From: Paraspadella gotoi | Lineage: Eukaryota > Animalia > Chaetognatha | Direction: 5' to 3' | Assembly (NCBI GenBank): GCA_051294375.1 | Contig: CM119270.1 | Location: forward strand, 14,854,046 to 14,918,045 | Length of the DNA: 64,000 nt | Shown here: positions 38,213 through 57,737 of the stretch, piece after piece | How the letters are laid out: each line of letters starts with the position of its first letter | Numbering within the stretch: position 1 is the stretch's first letter | The notes under the pieces: model-generated | Seen by the model: the letters and a program-made list of their open reading frames with translations, nothing else | The model's database searches: none | Told to the model about the DNA's origin: nothing | Position numbers and translations under genes: made by a program

Positions 38213-40424
38213 CTGGGAAAAAAAGAAGTAGGTGAAGAGACAGTAATGATTGTAGTGTTAGTGTCATAACCGTTCAATATAAGCAATCCCTGAGCTTCGG
38301 ATCAGGCTGTGTTACAGGCGGGTTAAGCGCCCCGTCCCCCTTAACTGCTAGGCAATCAGCGGGCTAGAACCCCGGACCTTTGGGTTGGGAGGCGAATTAC
38401 TTGCCTCCGGCACCAATGGCCGTTGATGAACGGTTGGTGGATTTTAGTCCACCATATAGGTAACCTTCTTATTCATGAGGGACGACTTCATCCACTGTAA
38501 ACTTGATTGTTAAAAACATAATTTAGTGCAAGCTAAACGTGAGCTTAACATCCATAACAAAATTAAAAACGAACGACAATTTCTCAAATTAATATTAAAT
38601 ATTAAAAAATTAATATTAAATTAATATTAAATATTAAAAAATAAAACATACCCGAAACTCCGAACGAATTCGACAATCCGGAAAAGGCGGATGAGTTTGA
38701 GCGGTCGGAAGGTGTCCTCCTCAACTCGGCGCCTCTGGACGCGCCGCTCGACCTCCTTTCCTCGACAATAGGAGGATCTAACGAAGTCCTTCTCGAATTA
38801 GACTGCGAGGGACTCAAAGTTTTCCAAGCGCCCCTGTGGGAAAGCGTGAGGTCCGCGGCGGCGGAGGCGTGTCTCGAAACTGCGCCCGTCGAACGCATCG
38901 CCGAAGGTCCGATCGTCGCCCCCCGATCTTCGTCGGACGAGCGTCGTTGATTGGCCCTTCCATTTGATCCGGATGTCGACAATCTGGCGCCCGGCGGAAG
39001 CGTGTTCATCATATGGTGTCTGCCGCCATGTCCCTGCATGAGAGGGATGTAACCGGGCGAGGAAAGAGGGATGTAACCGGGCGAGGAAAGAGGGTGAGAT
39101 GCGAGGCTTTGATTCTTTTGGTGAAACAAAATTTCCTCGTAGCCTTTTGGAGATTGCTTTGGCATCTTGACGACGGATTTTCGGAGTTTTGGCGAGCTGA
39201 CGTATAAAGAATGTTAGTTTAAAGAGACAGTTTGAGTATTTTTACAACAACAACTTAGTTTAATAATGGACGAACATGTTTCGGCTCAAATTCGAGCCTT
39301 CATCCGCGCAAAAACGTCCATTATTAAACAAAATTCTTGTTGTAAAAATACTCAAACTGTCTCTATAATCTAAAAATACAACAAAAAAGAAAGGATTTAC
39401 ACATAATGTCTACAGAATGTTAGTTGTATAAAAACAAGACAGCATGACAGGGTAACAGCGTTCATCTGCATTCACTGCATTTTAATATTGACCTCAAATA
39501 AAAATTGAACAGTCGCAGCATGGGGGCTGCATGTTTTTAGGTCGTCCTGTCTATCTGTCTGTCAGTCCGTCCGTCAGGCCCTAATTATAATTCGAACCTT
39601 TTTTTTTCCTCCCTTTTCAAGAAGTAGCCAGCTTCGGGCGTAATATAAGTATCTTCCTCCTCTTCCTCTCCCTCTTTCGTCATGAACTGAATCAACTCCA
39701 GCGCGTCTTCAAAGGTGAGTTCCTCTTCCAGAGTCTTCAGCGTCAACTTCCCCGTCTCGGGGTCGCGATGGAGGCGGTAGTGTTGCACCCTTTTATCGAG
39801 AAAGGACAGCCGCAGCTCCGCCGCTTCATTAAGACGGAGGATGAAGCTGCCACGCGGCGCTGTGTCTCTGCCGCGGAGGTGTTCGCAGGCGTGGACTTTG
39901 TCGACGTCGCCGTGGTACCTTGGGGATGGGGCGGTTGGAGTGGATGAAAGGATGGCCAGGGGAGGAAGATTAAGGTTAACGATTTGATTAAGGGGAATAC
40001 ATTGGTTAGAAATGCGAGGAGGTAAGAAATGCGGATGGGCGAGACCTTTAAATTATCATTTAAATAGACTATTAAATTTTTCTTAGTAATAACTTTAAAT
40101 TCTTTATGCTTTTTAATGTGATTTAAAAGAGTTATAAATTGAAAACTTATCGCTGATTCGTTAAAAAGAACACTTTAATCCATCACTGTATGATACCAAC
40201 TCTTACCATCTTTCTTGATGTAAACTAGATTGATTTATGGAGTCTGGATACGTGTAGTCCGTCTCGTTAACGGATCTGGGTCTGTTTAAGTTGTTCGTGG
40301 ATTGCAGAGGAAACAACTAGATGGAGCCAAAGAGAAAATAGGTCTCGATCATGGGTCATATAGAGTTTTCTAAATTGCCTAGCGGACTTTTTGACATGCA
40401 AGCCTGCCTTGAGATTCAATCACT

Positions 40425-40518
<94 letters not shown>

Positions 40519-40845
40519 AACCTTAAACGTCTCCTTGTCGACGAACCAATCGAGAGTCTTCGCCAACTGCGTCGTCGCGGGAGACGCCTGCATCTCAATC
40601 AGTTCCGTCAGCGTCGGGACGAAATCTTTACCGTTGATGGAGTAACCGGCTGGAGAAGCCGAGATGATGTGGTGGACGATATCGGATACGCCCGAGTGGT
40701 TTACGGAGATGACAAAGCGGTCTACGGGGGGACGGCCGTGACGGGGGGGGGGAGTATCCTTGAGTTCAATTCGCTCAGGATAATAAATATGAATTATTGA
40801 TGACCGTACAACCTCGAAAGTTACCTCGGCCACGAAGATAAATGA

Positions 40846-40877
<32 letters not shown>

Positions 40878-42741
40878 GCTGTCGCTCTCGCTCTCTCTCT
40901 CTCTCTCCATCTCGGTTGTGGCTTCGAAGCAATAAAGCAATAATATTATACAAATTTCTTTATTTTGTGCCCCATCATTACTGACGTTATTCACATTTTT
41001 GTTATATATTTTTCAAACATTCACTTTGGAATGAACCATTGAATATATCGTCGCTCACCTTTCAATTTCTGACTGTTGCGCACCAGAAATACCCTTCGAT
41101 TGGCAGTGATGAGTCTTTCCGCCTCTTCGCTGGTCAGCGTCCCCTGAAACCATGGCAACGGCTTCAAATAGTCGCGGGAGATCATTCGCTCTTCGCCGGA
41201 GCTTTCGAGATAATTGAGAAAAAGGATTGAAGGAGGTTAATCGCCATTAGCTCAATGGTAAGGTAAGGTAAGGTACGATTGTCAGTAATTAAAAACGATC
41301 TTCAGACACTTTTTTTTTGTCCTTGCATCCGTTCCTTTTATTTTTTCTTTGTGCTGCCTCACTGCTGCCCGTTCTCACCCTCGTCTCAATGGCTGAGCAG
41401 TAAGGCGTAGTAAAATTTCTAAATTTAACTTTAATTAAAATTCTAAAAGTGAGGAACGAACAACATTATACTAATGAACATTTATGTATAAAAAAATTTA
41501 TAATAAATTTTACAATTTACGCAGTAGGCCATATTTATACTAGTACTAATCCAATAAATGTTAAAATTTCAAAACAGTTTTTTCTAAGATTTTTTTGCAG
41601 ATTTGGATTCGTCATAAAAAGTTGTTAAAAAGAAATATAACTCTTTTTAAAAAATTCCTTCATTAAGTGGGTCAAAAATGAGAAAAAACTATATTTTAAG
41701 CTGAAAATTAACTTTTTATATATTAAATATAGTTTTTGTAATTTTTAACCCACTTAATGAAAGAATTTTTAAAAATAATTTATATTTTCTTTTATCAACT
41801 TTTGACGAGGAATTCAAATCTGCAATCAAAATTAAGAAAAGCCTATTTTGAAATTTTTCGATTTTATAAGGATAGTACTATATATAAATATAGCCTACTG
41901 CAAAAATTAAATTTCATAAAATTATTTTTTTTTACAAATTAATGTTTACTGATGGTATGTTGTTCATAATTGACCTTTAGAATTTTTGTACGTAACTTTC
42001 ACTACGCCTTACTGAGCAGGCTAAATCATCTCGTTACAATTGTGCGTCCAGGGTTCAATCCCTGGGTATCCCGGTTCTGACGTAAATAATACGGAGCCGG
42101 TCTCAACATGCCAGTGACGAGAGGCGGTCGCTGTGGGTCCGCATCTCCTACGCCACTTGGTGAAATACCCCGCGCCCCCGATATCGCAGGCATTCCTCCC
42201 GTTGCCATTTCTTTTTCTTTTTCTGCTGTTTGTTTTGCTTTTGATATTGGTAATCAAAAAAAAAAAATCTTTCTTTCGGATTAGGAATTGCTCACTTGCT
42301 GTATGGCCATCAATAAATTACTCTTTTTCATTTATGCTAAATTGTTCGAATGAAAACCGATTGGGAATGTTGCTTAATAGTTGAAGATATGTTGAAGATA
42401 TGTATATATTCAGTTCAGGGTTCAGCAAGTTCAGGGTAAATTTCAAAGTAATTCAACGCTACTTGGAACTGAGTTTTGAGTTCTGATCTGTAGGATCTGA
42501 GTTTTCAGTCCCGAGTCCTAGTTCTGAGTCATTAGATATGATATCTGAGTTCTGATCCCTGATTTCGAACTCACCTGACGTTGACGACGGTGCATTCTCT
42601 TGATCCCCTCGACGTCGGTTGACGCAAGGCGAAGATGTCGCCACGCCTTCCGCAGATTTCACCCTCGTCGATCAACTCTCTCGTTAAAATCGCGTAAGAG
42701 GAAGTTGAGGGAAACAGGATGTCGCCACGGAGGGAGAGCAT
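36618..42741 (-). CDS. SH3-SH2-SH2 protein with a long disordered Tyr-motif tail, 7 exons, 1026 aa
   Basis: Exons 42741-42575, 41201-41059, 40721-40522, 40316-40207, 39918-39598, 39196-38652, 38212-36618. All introns are GT-AG, all phases are compatible, and the 3081 nt are open from ATG to TGA. SH2 no.1: PWFQG..EEAERL..FLVRNS..FVISV..VHHII. SH2 no.2: WYHG..GSFILR..VQHYRL. Confidence 0.85.
38310..38421 (-). mobile_element. tRNA-derived SINE fragment (intron 6)
   Basis: Minus strand GGCCATTGGTGCCGGAGG (A-box-like) ... GGGGTTCTAGCCC (B-box-like). Confidence 0.5.
38652..39196 (-). CDS. Exon 6: Ser/Arg-rich, with YEEI and two SSPGYIPL
   Basis: CTAAC branch site, GTCAG acceptor, GTATG donor; in frame with the 187-aa ORF. 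Confidence 0.85.
39208..39425 (-). mobile_element. Small insertion with a 12-bp direct repeat, ~50-bp inverted arms and a hammerhead-like core (Penelope-like remnant)
   Basis: AGAATGTTAGTT at 39208-39219 and 39414-39425; arms at 39223-39272 and 39315-39364; minus-strand core CGGATGAAGGCTCGAATTTGAGCCGAAACATGTTC. Confidence 0.55.
39598..39918 (-). CDS. Exon 5: second SH2 domain
   Basis: (W)YHGDVDKVHACEHLRGRDTAPRGSFILRLNEAAELRLSFLDKRVQHYRL...FEDALELIQF. The Trp codon is split TG|G with exon 4. Confidence 0.9.
40207..40316 (-). CDS. Exon 4: inter-SH2 linker
   Basis: CTAG acceptor and GTAAGA donor: LFPLQSTNNLNRPRSVNETDYTYPDSINQSSLHQER(W). Confidence 0.8.
40522..40721 (-). CDS. Exon 3: C-terminal half of the first SH2
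   Basis: DRFVISVNHSGVSDIVHHIISASPAGYSINGKDFVPTLTELIE... Confidence 0.85.
41059..41201 (-). CDS. Exon 2: end of SH3 and N-terminal half of the first SH2
   Basis: SGEERMISRDYLKPLPWFQGTLTSEEAERLITANRRVFLVRNSQKLK; GTGAGC donor. Confidence 0.85.
41381..42215 (+). mobile_element. tRNA-derived SINE interrupted by a MITE
   Basis: Removing the MITE and one TSD copy rebuilds TGGCTGAGCAGG (A box) ... GGGTTCAATCCC (B box, ~42051), followed by a GC-rich body and a T-rich tail. Confidence 0.65.
41401..42011. mobile_element. hAT-like foldback MITE
   Basis: TIRs TAAGGCGTAGT / ACTACGCCTTA, an 8-bp TSD CTGAGCAG (41393-41400 and 42012-42019), and a largely self-complementary interior. Confidence 0.85.
42575..42741 (-). 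CDS. Exon 1: start codon and most of a divergent SH3-like domain
   Basis: MLSLRGDILFPSTSSYAILTRELIDEGEICGRRGDIFALRQPTSRGSRECTVVNV(S); CAG|GTGAGT donor, phase 2, matching exon 2. Confidence 0.7.
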
Positions 42742-42778
42742 GATTGTGGAGAGTGGAGAGAGGAGAGAGAAAGAGAGG

Positions 42779-42820
<42 letters not shown>

Positions 42821-42879
42821 AACGTAGTAACACAATTATTTGAGTTAGCGACGTGAGGTTAAAAGAAACTATTATTTTT

Positions 42880-42915
42880 TTACATCCGGGAAACTTGAAA
42901 AAAAGATGGCGTCTG
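42880..42915. promoter_or_regulatory. Candidate core promoter elements upstream of the SH2 gene
   Basis: YY1-type AAGATGGCG (~42903-42911) and ACATCCGG (ETS-like), ~150 nt upstream of the ATG. Confidence 0.3.
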
Positions 42916-43060
42916 TGTTCAACTTGGAAATCATTTTATTTTCTCGAAATAATTGAATAAAAAACGAAGGTTTAGTTTGACGGCGGCAATAAATAGTCGT
43001 GAGACAAACCTTGACTCGTCTTGGGATTTTGAACGCCTTCGAAAAACTGGTCTTTCGGGT

Positions 43061-43098
<38 letters not shown>

Positions 43099-44310
43099 TG
43101 TAATTATTGTGGCCTGTTTTTCGTTTTTCTATTCCGAATGGAAAATATCAATCAAGATAAAGGTTAAAAAAAACAACAAATGCCGCAATGTCATTTCAAT
43201 GTTATCACGTGACTCGAAAAGTACGAAACAAGCGTCTCACCCAATAGAATGTCTGAGTGACATGCATTTAAAAACGAGTATAGATAAACCGAAAATCAAC
43301 CTGATAATAAAGAGAAGAATGACTACAAGCAAATACTCATTTCGTAAGAGACGAAATGAAAATACTGAGTACAAAAGAAATAAACTCTCTCTGCTAAAAA
43401 TAGAAGAATGAGCAACGAGGTTCACCTGACTCATCGCGATGGAATTGTCTCGGGTTTTCTTCCCTTAATTCAAAGATTCATTCGTTGGAGACTTCGCCTT
43501 CGAAGAATTACATACCCTTTTGACTTTTGACTTCCGAGTGGTTCGAAAGTCTGGTTTTATCAGTGGGACATTCATGGGGACGGAGGAAAATAGCCGTCTG
43601 ATATATTGATTGATTAATTGATTGAATGATTGATTTTATTAATGTGTATTGAATTTCTATCAACAGATTGATTGTATTGACTTCATCATTGAGTAATTAA
43701 GTTATTGATCGATTAATTTATTGATTGATTGTTTTGAATTTTTTGCATTCAATGAATTATTAAAAACCGTCTTAGCACCGAAAGTCACAGACGTTGCCTC
43801 TGCTCCTTCCGCTGCCGCCGCCGCAGCCGGCGCAGCTGATTCCGCCGCCGCTGCATGACGGGATGATGGCGACACATTGACCATGACGTCGATGACGACG
43901 CCAATGACGATATTCTCAATGATAAATAGTCGATTGTTGCGTATTTCGAAACAGATGTGGAATTTTTTTAATTTTTTAATTTTTTATTTTTTTTAATTTC
44001 GCGATGATTCCGATCGTGAATCAATGATGACTCGAGAGAATCTAAGGCAACAGCTGGTGTTTAATTTGATCTATCCTCTAGTAGAGGCTCTACTATTGTA
44101 TTTATTGTCGTCTTTGAGACTTTGAGAGAATTTTAATGTGTGGAATTGATATTCCTTGTGCTTTGTATAGCTTTAAAAAATTGACTGGACTTAACTTCAG
44201 GAGCGTAATTTAACTATCGATCGTAAAATGTTTGACTATTCTGCCGTAATTCCATTATTTAAATATTTAACAAATTAGTACGCTTCTGCGCAGTTATTTA
44301 TTGAACAGTG

Positions 44311-44482
44311 TTAAAAACGATGTATGAACAGTAACAGTAATGATGATAACAGTAACGACGTGATAACAAAGGAAGCGTCCTCGCCTCGGGGCGTCTCAGC
44401 CGCCGACGCGAAAGACGCCGAGTTTTTGGCACAAAAAGGGAACATGGCGGAGAGAGCTCTCTTCTTGAGAGAATCGCCTTGG

Positions 44483-44567
<85 letters not shown>

Positions 44568-45041
44568 CAACTTAAAAGCAAAAAAGAAAGTTCCTGTTTC
44601 CTCTTATAGTTTTTACCTAAAAAAAAAAGGCTTTTCTCACGAGGTAACAGGAGACGACTGCAAGCAGAAGACATAAAATGTTTCTTTTAGTTTTTTTTAG
44701 TTTGCTTAAACGGATGTTTAAAAGTGTTAACTGAAGAAATTTAAAACGGTAATTTCAGATGCTAAACGGTAACGAAAAAAATATTTATTTACGATAGCGT
44801 TAGAAAAAAAAAAGAAGTAATTTCAGCGTCATTGCAACCAGAAGAATTTGAACATTAATTTTAGTAAAATGATCATTATGACGTCACGAACCATCAGCCA
44901 AGGCGACAGCCAATGCAGCACCAACTGCAACAGCCAATGTTATACACTTTCTTTTTCTTTCTCGCCGAAGCTACTCTCATAATTTACACTCGCCTGTCAA
45001 GACTCGGCGGATTGGACGACGGGCAATATCTGGCCGTTGAC
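44311..45041 (-). CDS. Candidate last two exons (45041-44994, 44477-44311) of an unidentified small gene
   Basis: AG acceptors, a CAG|GCGAGT GC-type donor, and AATAAA at 44302-44297 just after a TAA. The reading frame is ambiguous. Confidence 0.4.
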
Positions 45042-46009
45042 CTAAGCGGCTGATGGCGTCCATTGCTGTCGTTGGCTCGTTGCAATGATGTTGAGGCGAG
45101 AGGAAAGATTTTCATTTGGTCGTAAATCAGCGAAAGTAGATTATGAGGATTACTTCGATTATATTTACTTTCATTGAGGGTTTCTAAATCAATAAAATGT
45201 TCCCCACGCCATAAGTACCCATAATTTCTATTGATTGAGCTCGTCGCCATTGCCGTTCCCAATCATTGATGGACGAGAACCAACGAGCTGGCCACGACGA
45301 ACCCTCAACCCGGTCCGATCGCTCGCCAGGCTGAACCACTTATAAAAAAAACAAAGAGATGTTGCGAGAGCGAAAGACCTTTTCAGGCCAATATTCAGGC
45401 CAATATTCGGACAAATCGGGCCAATATTCGACCTTGACGTCGCACATCAAAATTCTTTTCCCGTCACCAAAGGCGCAGAACATTGCAATGAGCGTTGCTG
45501 GACGATGGTCGAAATTGCAAATCGCTCAATTTATAGTAAGACATTGAACGAGGCTGAAATTATTCCGATAAAAAAATGTATCTGTTAACATTGGCGTGGA
45601 TAAGTTTTATCAAGAAATCGGGTAAAATCAAATTAGTAAAATAGTGAAAATAGTGAAAAGTTTATATGATTTGAGCTAAAAAAAATGAAGCTTCTAAAAT
45701 AAGAATTGAAACGATCATTAAATCGGATCAACTTATGAAAATGGCACAAATTGAAAATATCTTTTGTCGAGATGAGAATGATTTTTTGGTTGAGATGATC
45801 TACCAACGCCGTGAGGGATAGAATTATCTTGGGATGAGGAAGAGAAAATTAAGACTCGCAGAAAAAAAGAATCCTTGAGTCATTGGAGGCAGGAAGGCGC
45901 GACCTGAAGAGAGAAAAAGAAGAGTTTTCCATTTAAATATTAAACAGAGAACATCGGAGAAGGAAAGCTTATTACTAAAACAATAGAAAACACCGTTTGA
46001 GCGAGAGAG

Positions 46010-46103
<94 letters not shown>

Positions 46104-46116
46104 AGAGAGAGAAGAG

Positions 46117-46155
<39 letters not shown>

Positions 46156-46243
46156 GAGTGGCATCGACAAAAAGCCGACAACAGCGAGTTGCTGGAACTC
46201 ATTTTATCGATAAAAAAATAAAAAAGGAAATAAATATGTTCCC

Positions 46244-46329
<86 letters not shown>

Positions 46330-46580
46330 AAAAAAAGAATCGAGGACACGGCGAGACTTTCAAACGAGAATTAATGGCGACGAACTCACCTCGTTGTTGT
46401 TGTTGTTGTAGTTGTTGTTATTGTCGTCTCCTCCATCAGGGGAGCGGTTTGTAAGTGCGAGTCGATATGCGTCGTGGAAGAAGAGATTTTTATTCCAGAA
46501 GTGATTTTCGTGGGTTGAATCAATTTACGTCGATCATTTTACTGTTAAGAACGAAATTTCGTGGTTCATTAGTGAATACT

Positions 46581-46628
<48 letters not shown>

Positions 46629-46641
46629 AGAAAGAAAGAAA

Positions 46642-46681
<40 letters not shown>

Positions 46682-46714
46682 AGAGAAAGAAAGAAAAAGA
46701 AGAAAGAAGAAAGC

Positions 46715-46758
<44 letters not shown>

Positions 46759-46760
46759 AA
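46581..46760. repeat. (GAAA)n microsatellite
   Basis: Directly visible. Confidence 0.95.
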
Positions 46761-48236
46761 CTTACCTTGTAAAAAAATTTTCAGTCTTGCAGGTTTCATT
46801 GACGCAAACGACAACAACAACAACAACAACAACGACGACGACGTCAAAACAATGACGCAGACGCCGTTTTTTTTTTCGGTTCCCAGCGGCGTCGCGAAAT
46901 GTTGAGTGGCGCCGGTTTTAAGGCGTCGCTAATGGAACGGCGCCGAAGTGACCTTGGAAAGAGGCTAACGTCGTCACTCTTCAGGAACAGGCGCCTGACA
47001 GAGAGTGGTCAGTCGCGCCTTCCCGACGCCTGGTAAGTTACCAGGCGCCATCGAAACTTCCGCTTTTTGGTCCAAGTGCGTTTCTGAGGGGGTCAAAACG
47101 TATATTATGCTATTATACATATTTTTTTGCTCTATTTATTTTAAATTTTTAATATTAAATTTTTTGTGATGTATTTTTTTTCAAAATTACATACAGTACA
47201 CTACGTAATATTTTTTTCAAAAAAATATTAATTCACCAGTACAGACAATATCATAACATTTTTTTTTAATTTTTCGACTGTCTCATATTATTTTAAATAC
47301 GTAGCAGTTTATTTTTTCAAAAAAGGTTTCATATTAATAAATAAATCAATCAAATACTTTAATCGAAAATAAATTTAAAAAAACAGAAAGCAAAATAAAA
47401 ACGAGAAAAATATGGGCGACTTTTTTTTTTTCTTCTAAGGTCCATCTAAGGTCCACCTTGCTTATATATCTATCAATAAATAATTTTTTTAAAATAACAG
47501 ATACCTATAAAGCTAGTTAAATTTGCTCAAACTATTTCAGAATCACGAAAAAAATTACAGAAAAAAAAAAGCAAAAACTTGTTCCCGATTTATTTCCTAA
47601 TACTCACCAATAGCGAGAAGCTGAGTTTCTCCAGTTAATTTTTGTCAAACAATTTTTTTTTCCCAGAAATTCAGAGGAAAACTTCTTTCGACGAACGAAG
47701 CAAAAAAAAGGAAATGATTTTGTTTTCGAAAAACTAATCCCCGAAAAGGAGACGGGGAACCACTGGGGGAAACGACGACGATGAGAACGACGACGAATGA
47801 GACGACGGTGAAAACGACGACGACGACGACGACGATGACGAAGATGAGGATGACGACGTCGGTGAAGACGACGATGACGACGACGATGAAAAGGACCCGA
47901 GCGGCGACTATTACGAAACGAAACGAATAATCGGAACAATAGAGAACGACGACGACGACGACGATTACGACGACGATAACGACGAAGTCAATTGATTCCT
48001 TTGCGGACAATCGTGGCGGCGGTAAAAAAAAAACGGGAACGTCATCAAAATATAAAACGAAATTAAATAAAAAGAAAAAATGAAAATATTAAAAAGACGA
48101 GGCGCAAATAAGTGAAATGAAAACCAAATGAAAAAAAAAGAAACGTGTCTGGCGAGATTAAAGCCAGGCGCGTGTCGTTCGGATTTGTAAATTTGTTTGG
48201 ATAATGAGTTAATATTTTATATAACAAAAACTTAGT

Positions 48237-55760
<7,524 letters not shown>

Positions 55761-56142
55761 TATTTATTTTGGGTTTTTTTTTAAATTTCTTTCTTACTTG
55801 TTTTTTTTTTTTTTTGGTAATTAGCCGGTCTTTTGCTCTTTTAAATTTTTTTTCCTGGACNNNNNNNNNNNNNNNNNNNNNNNNNTGGATTCATTTTATT
55901 TTCAGTAATTCGCTCTTTTTGTCCGATCCATCTGTCCTCTCCTTATTTCTTTTCTTCTCTACCTTTCTTTATCTTTCTTCTCTATATCATTTCTTTTTCA
56001 CTCCTCTTTTTCGTCCTCCTTTTCCTCTCTTTCTTTTCTCGATTGTTTTGAGATCAACAAACAAAAATTGGGGAGAAACAATGAATTTTTTTCGGCGCCG
56101 AATTCACGAAAAAGAGACAGCGGCTTGTCAAGGACACGAGCG

Positions 56143-56180
<38 letters not shown>

Positions 56181-56434
56181 GAGAGAGTCCTGCGATGGTG
56201 CCAAACAAAAGAGTGGTCGTCTCGTTCTGACCAGATAGCCATGAATATTCTTTTCAAGCGAATATTTATTTTAGAATTAAAAAATCGGGGGTGATTTTAT
56301 TATGTCTTTTGTCTCTTTTTATCGTCGTCGTCATTGTCGTTGTCGTCGTCAAATTTGTCTTAAACGATCTAGATTTAGTTTCTCTCGATCGTGAAACGGG
56401 TCAGGGACGAGAGCGAGAGAGAGAGAAAAGAAGA

Positions 56435-56470
<36 letters not shown>

Positions 56471-56621
56471 NNNNNNNNNNNNNNNNNNNNNNNNNNNNNN
56501 NNNNNNNNNNNNNNNNNNNNNNNNNNNNNNNNNNNNNNNNNNNNNNNNNNNNNNNNNNNNNNNNNNNNNNNNNNNNNNNNNNNNNNNNNNNNNNNNNNNN
56601 NNNNNNNNNNNNNNNNNNNNN

Positions 56622-56655
<34 letters not shown>

Positions 56656-57393
56656 CCCCTCGTTTCTTGCAAATCCCTTTTCCGATCTTTTATCTGACGT
56701 CTGTCGTCGTTGTCATTGTCTTTGTCGTTGTCGTTGTTGTTTTTGTCGATTTTCAATTTATCCATCGTTGTTTGTTGTTCTTCGTCGATTGATTTGACGA
56801 ATCGTTTTGTTATTATACTTGTGATCGGAAATTACGTTCCATCGTGATGTGGTTATCCGATAACTAAAAATAGAAGAAGATTGACCTTTTTTTTTCAAAA
56901 GTTACTTTTCTCACATATGATTTACAAATAATTTACAATTACTATTGATTTTTTTGTGAAGTTTCCAAAAAAATACCGCGAAATAAAAATGAGGAAAAAA
57001 TTCGTTCGAAATTTAAAAAAATGAGCAAACGAAAAAAGAAGTAAAATGTGAGGTAGAAAAAAATGTTCTTTTGAAACAACCAAGCTGAAAAGCATTTAAA
57101 CTATCAAAACAACGTACTCCAGTCAATTAGCACCCTGGAGCTAACTTAACGACATTTCAAATCCCGAAAAAGTGACGACGACGACGACGACGAACGACGA
57201 CGACGACGACGAGACTCGCGACTGACAATGACTCCCGCTGTCCGTACCTGGCGACCGGACAGAACGGATTCGGACCAACGGATTCTTACAATTACGTCCG
57301 TTCGTTTTGTCCCCCGATTTCAAAGGAAAGTGGAACGCGTCCTTCCGCCCAAACGCAAACTTACTCTCCTTTCTTTTCTTTTCTAATTCTATT

Positions 57394-57429
<36 letters not shown>

Positions 57430-57737
57430 NNNNNNNNNNNNNNNNNNNNNNNNNNNNNNNNNNNNNNNNNNNNNNNNNNNNNNNNNNNNNNNNNNNNNNN
57501 NNNNNNNNNNNNNNNNNNNNNNNNNNNNNNNNNNNNNNNNNNNNNNNNNNNNNNNNNNNNNNNNNNNNNNNNNNNNNNNNNNNTTTTTGTTCGTTTTCAG
57601 TTCTTTTCTCTCTTTTCAATTTCAGAGGAGGAGGAGGAGGAGGAGGAGGAGTAGGAGGGGATAGGGGCATCTGTGGGTCAAAATTCGAGGCGTGAAGGAC
57701 TTTTTTTCCAAGTCTTACCTTTTTTTCTATTCTTTAG

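Noticed and set aside
42011-42075. Functional tRNA gene
   Set aside because: No proper cloverleaf, the A box is disrupted, and a SINE-like body follows.
42906-42956. MASVFNLEI as a gene start
   Set aside because: It stops after 16 codons with no donor; better read as a YY1-type motif.
47027-47047. Perfect small palindrome CGCCTGGTAA-G-TTACCAGGCG
   Set aside because: A single short instance with no supporting context.
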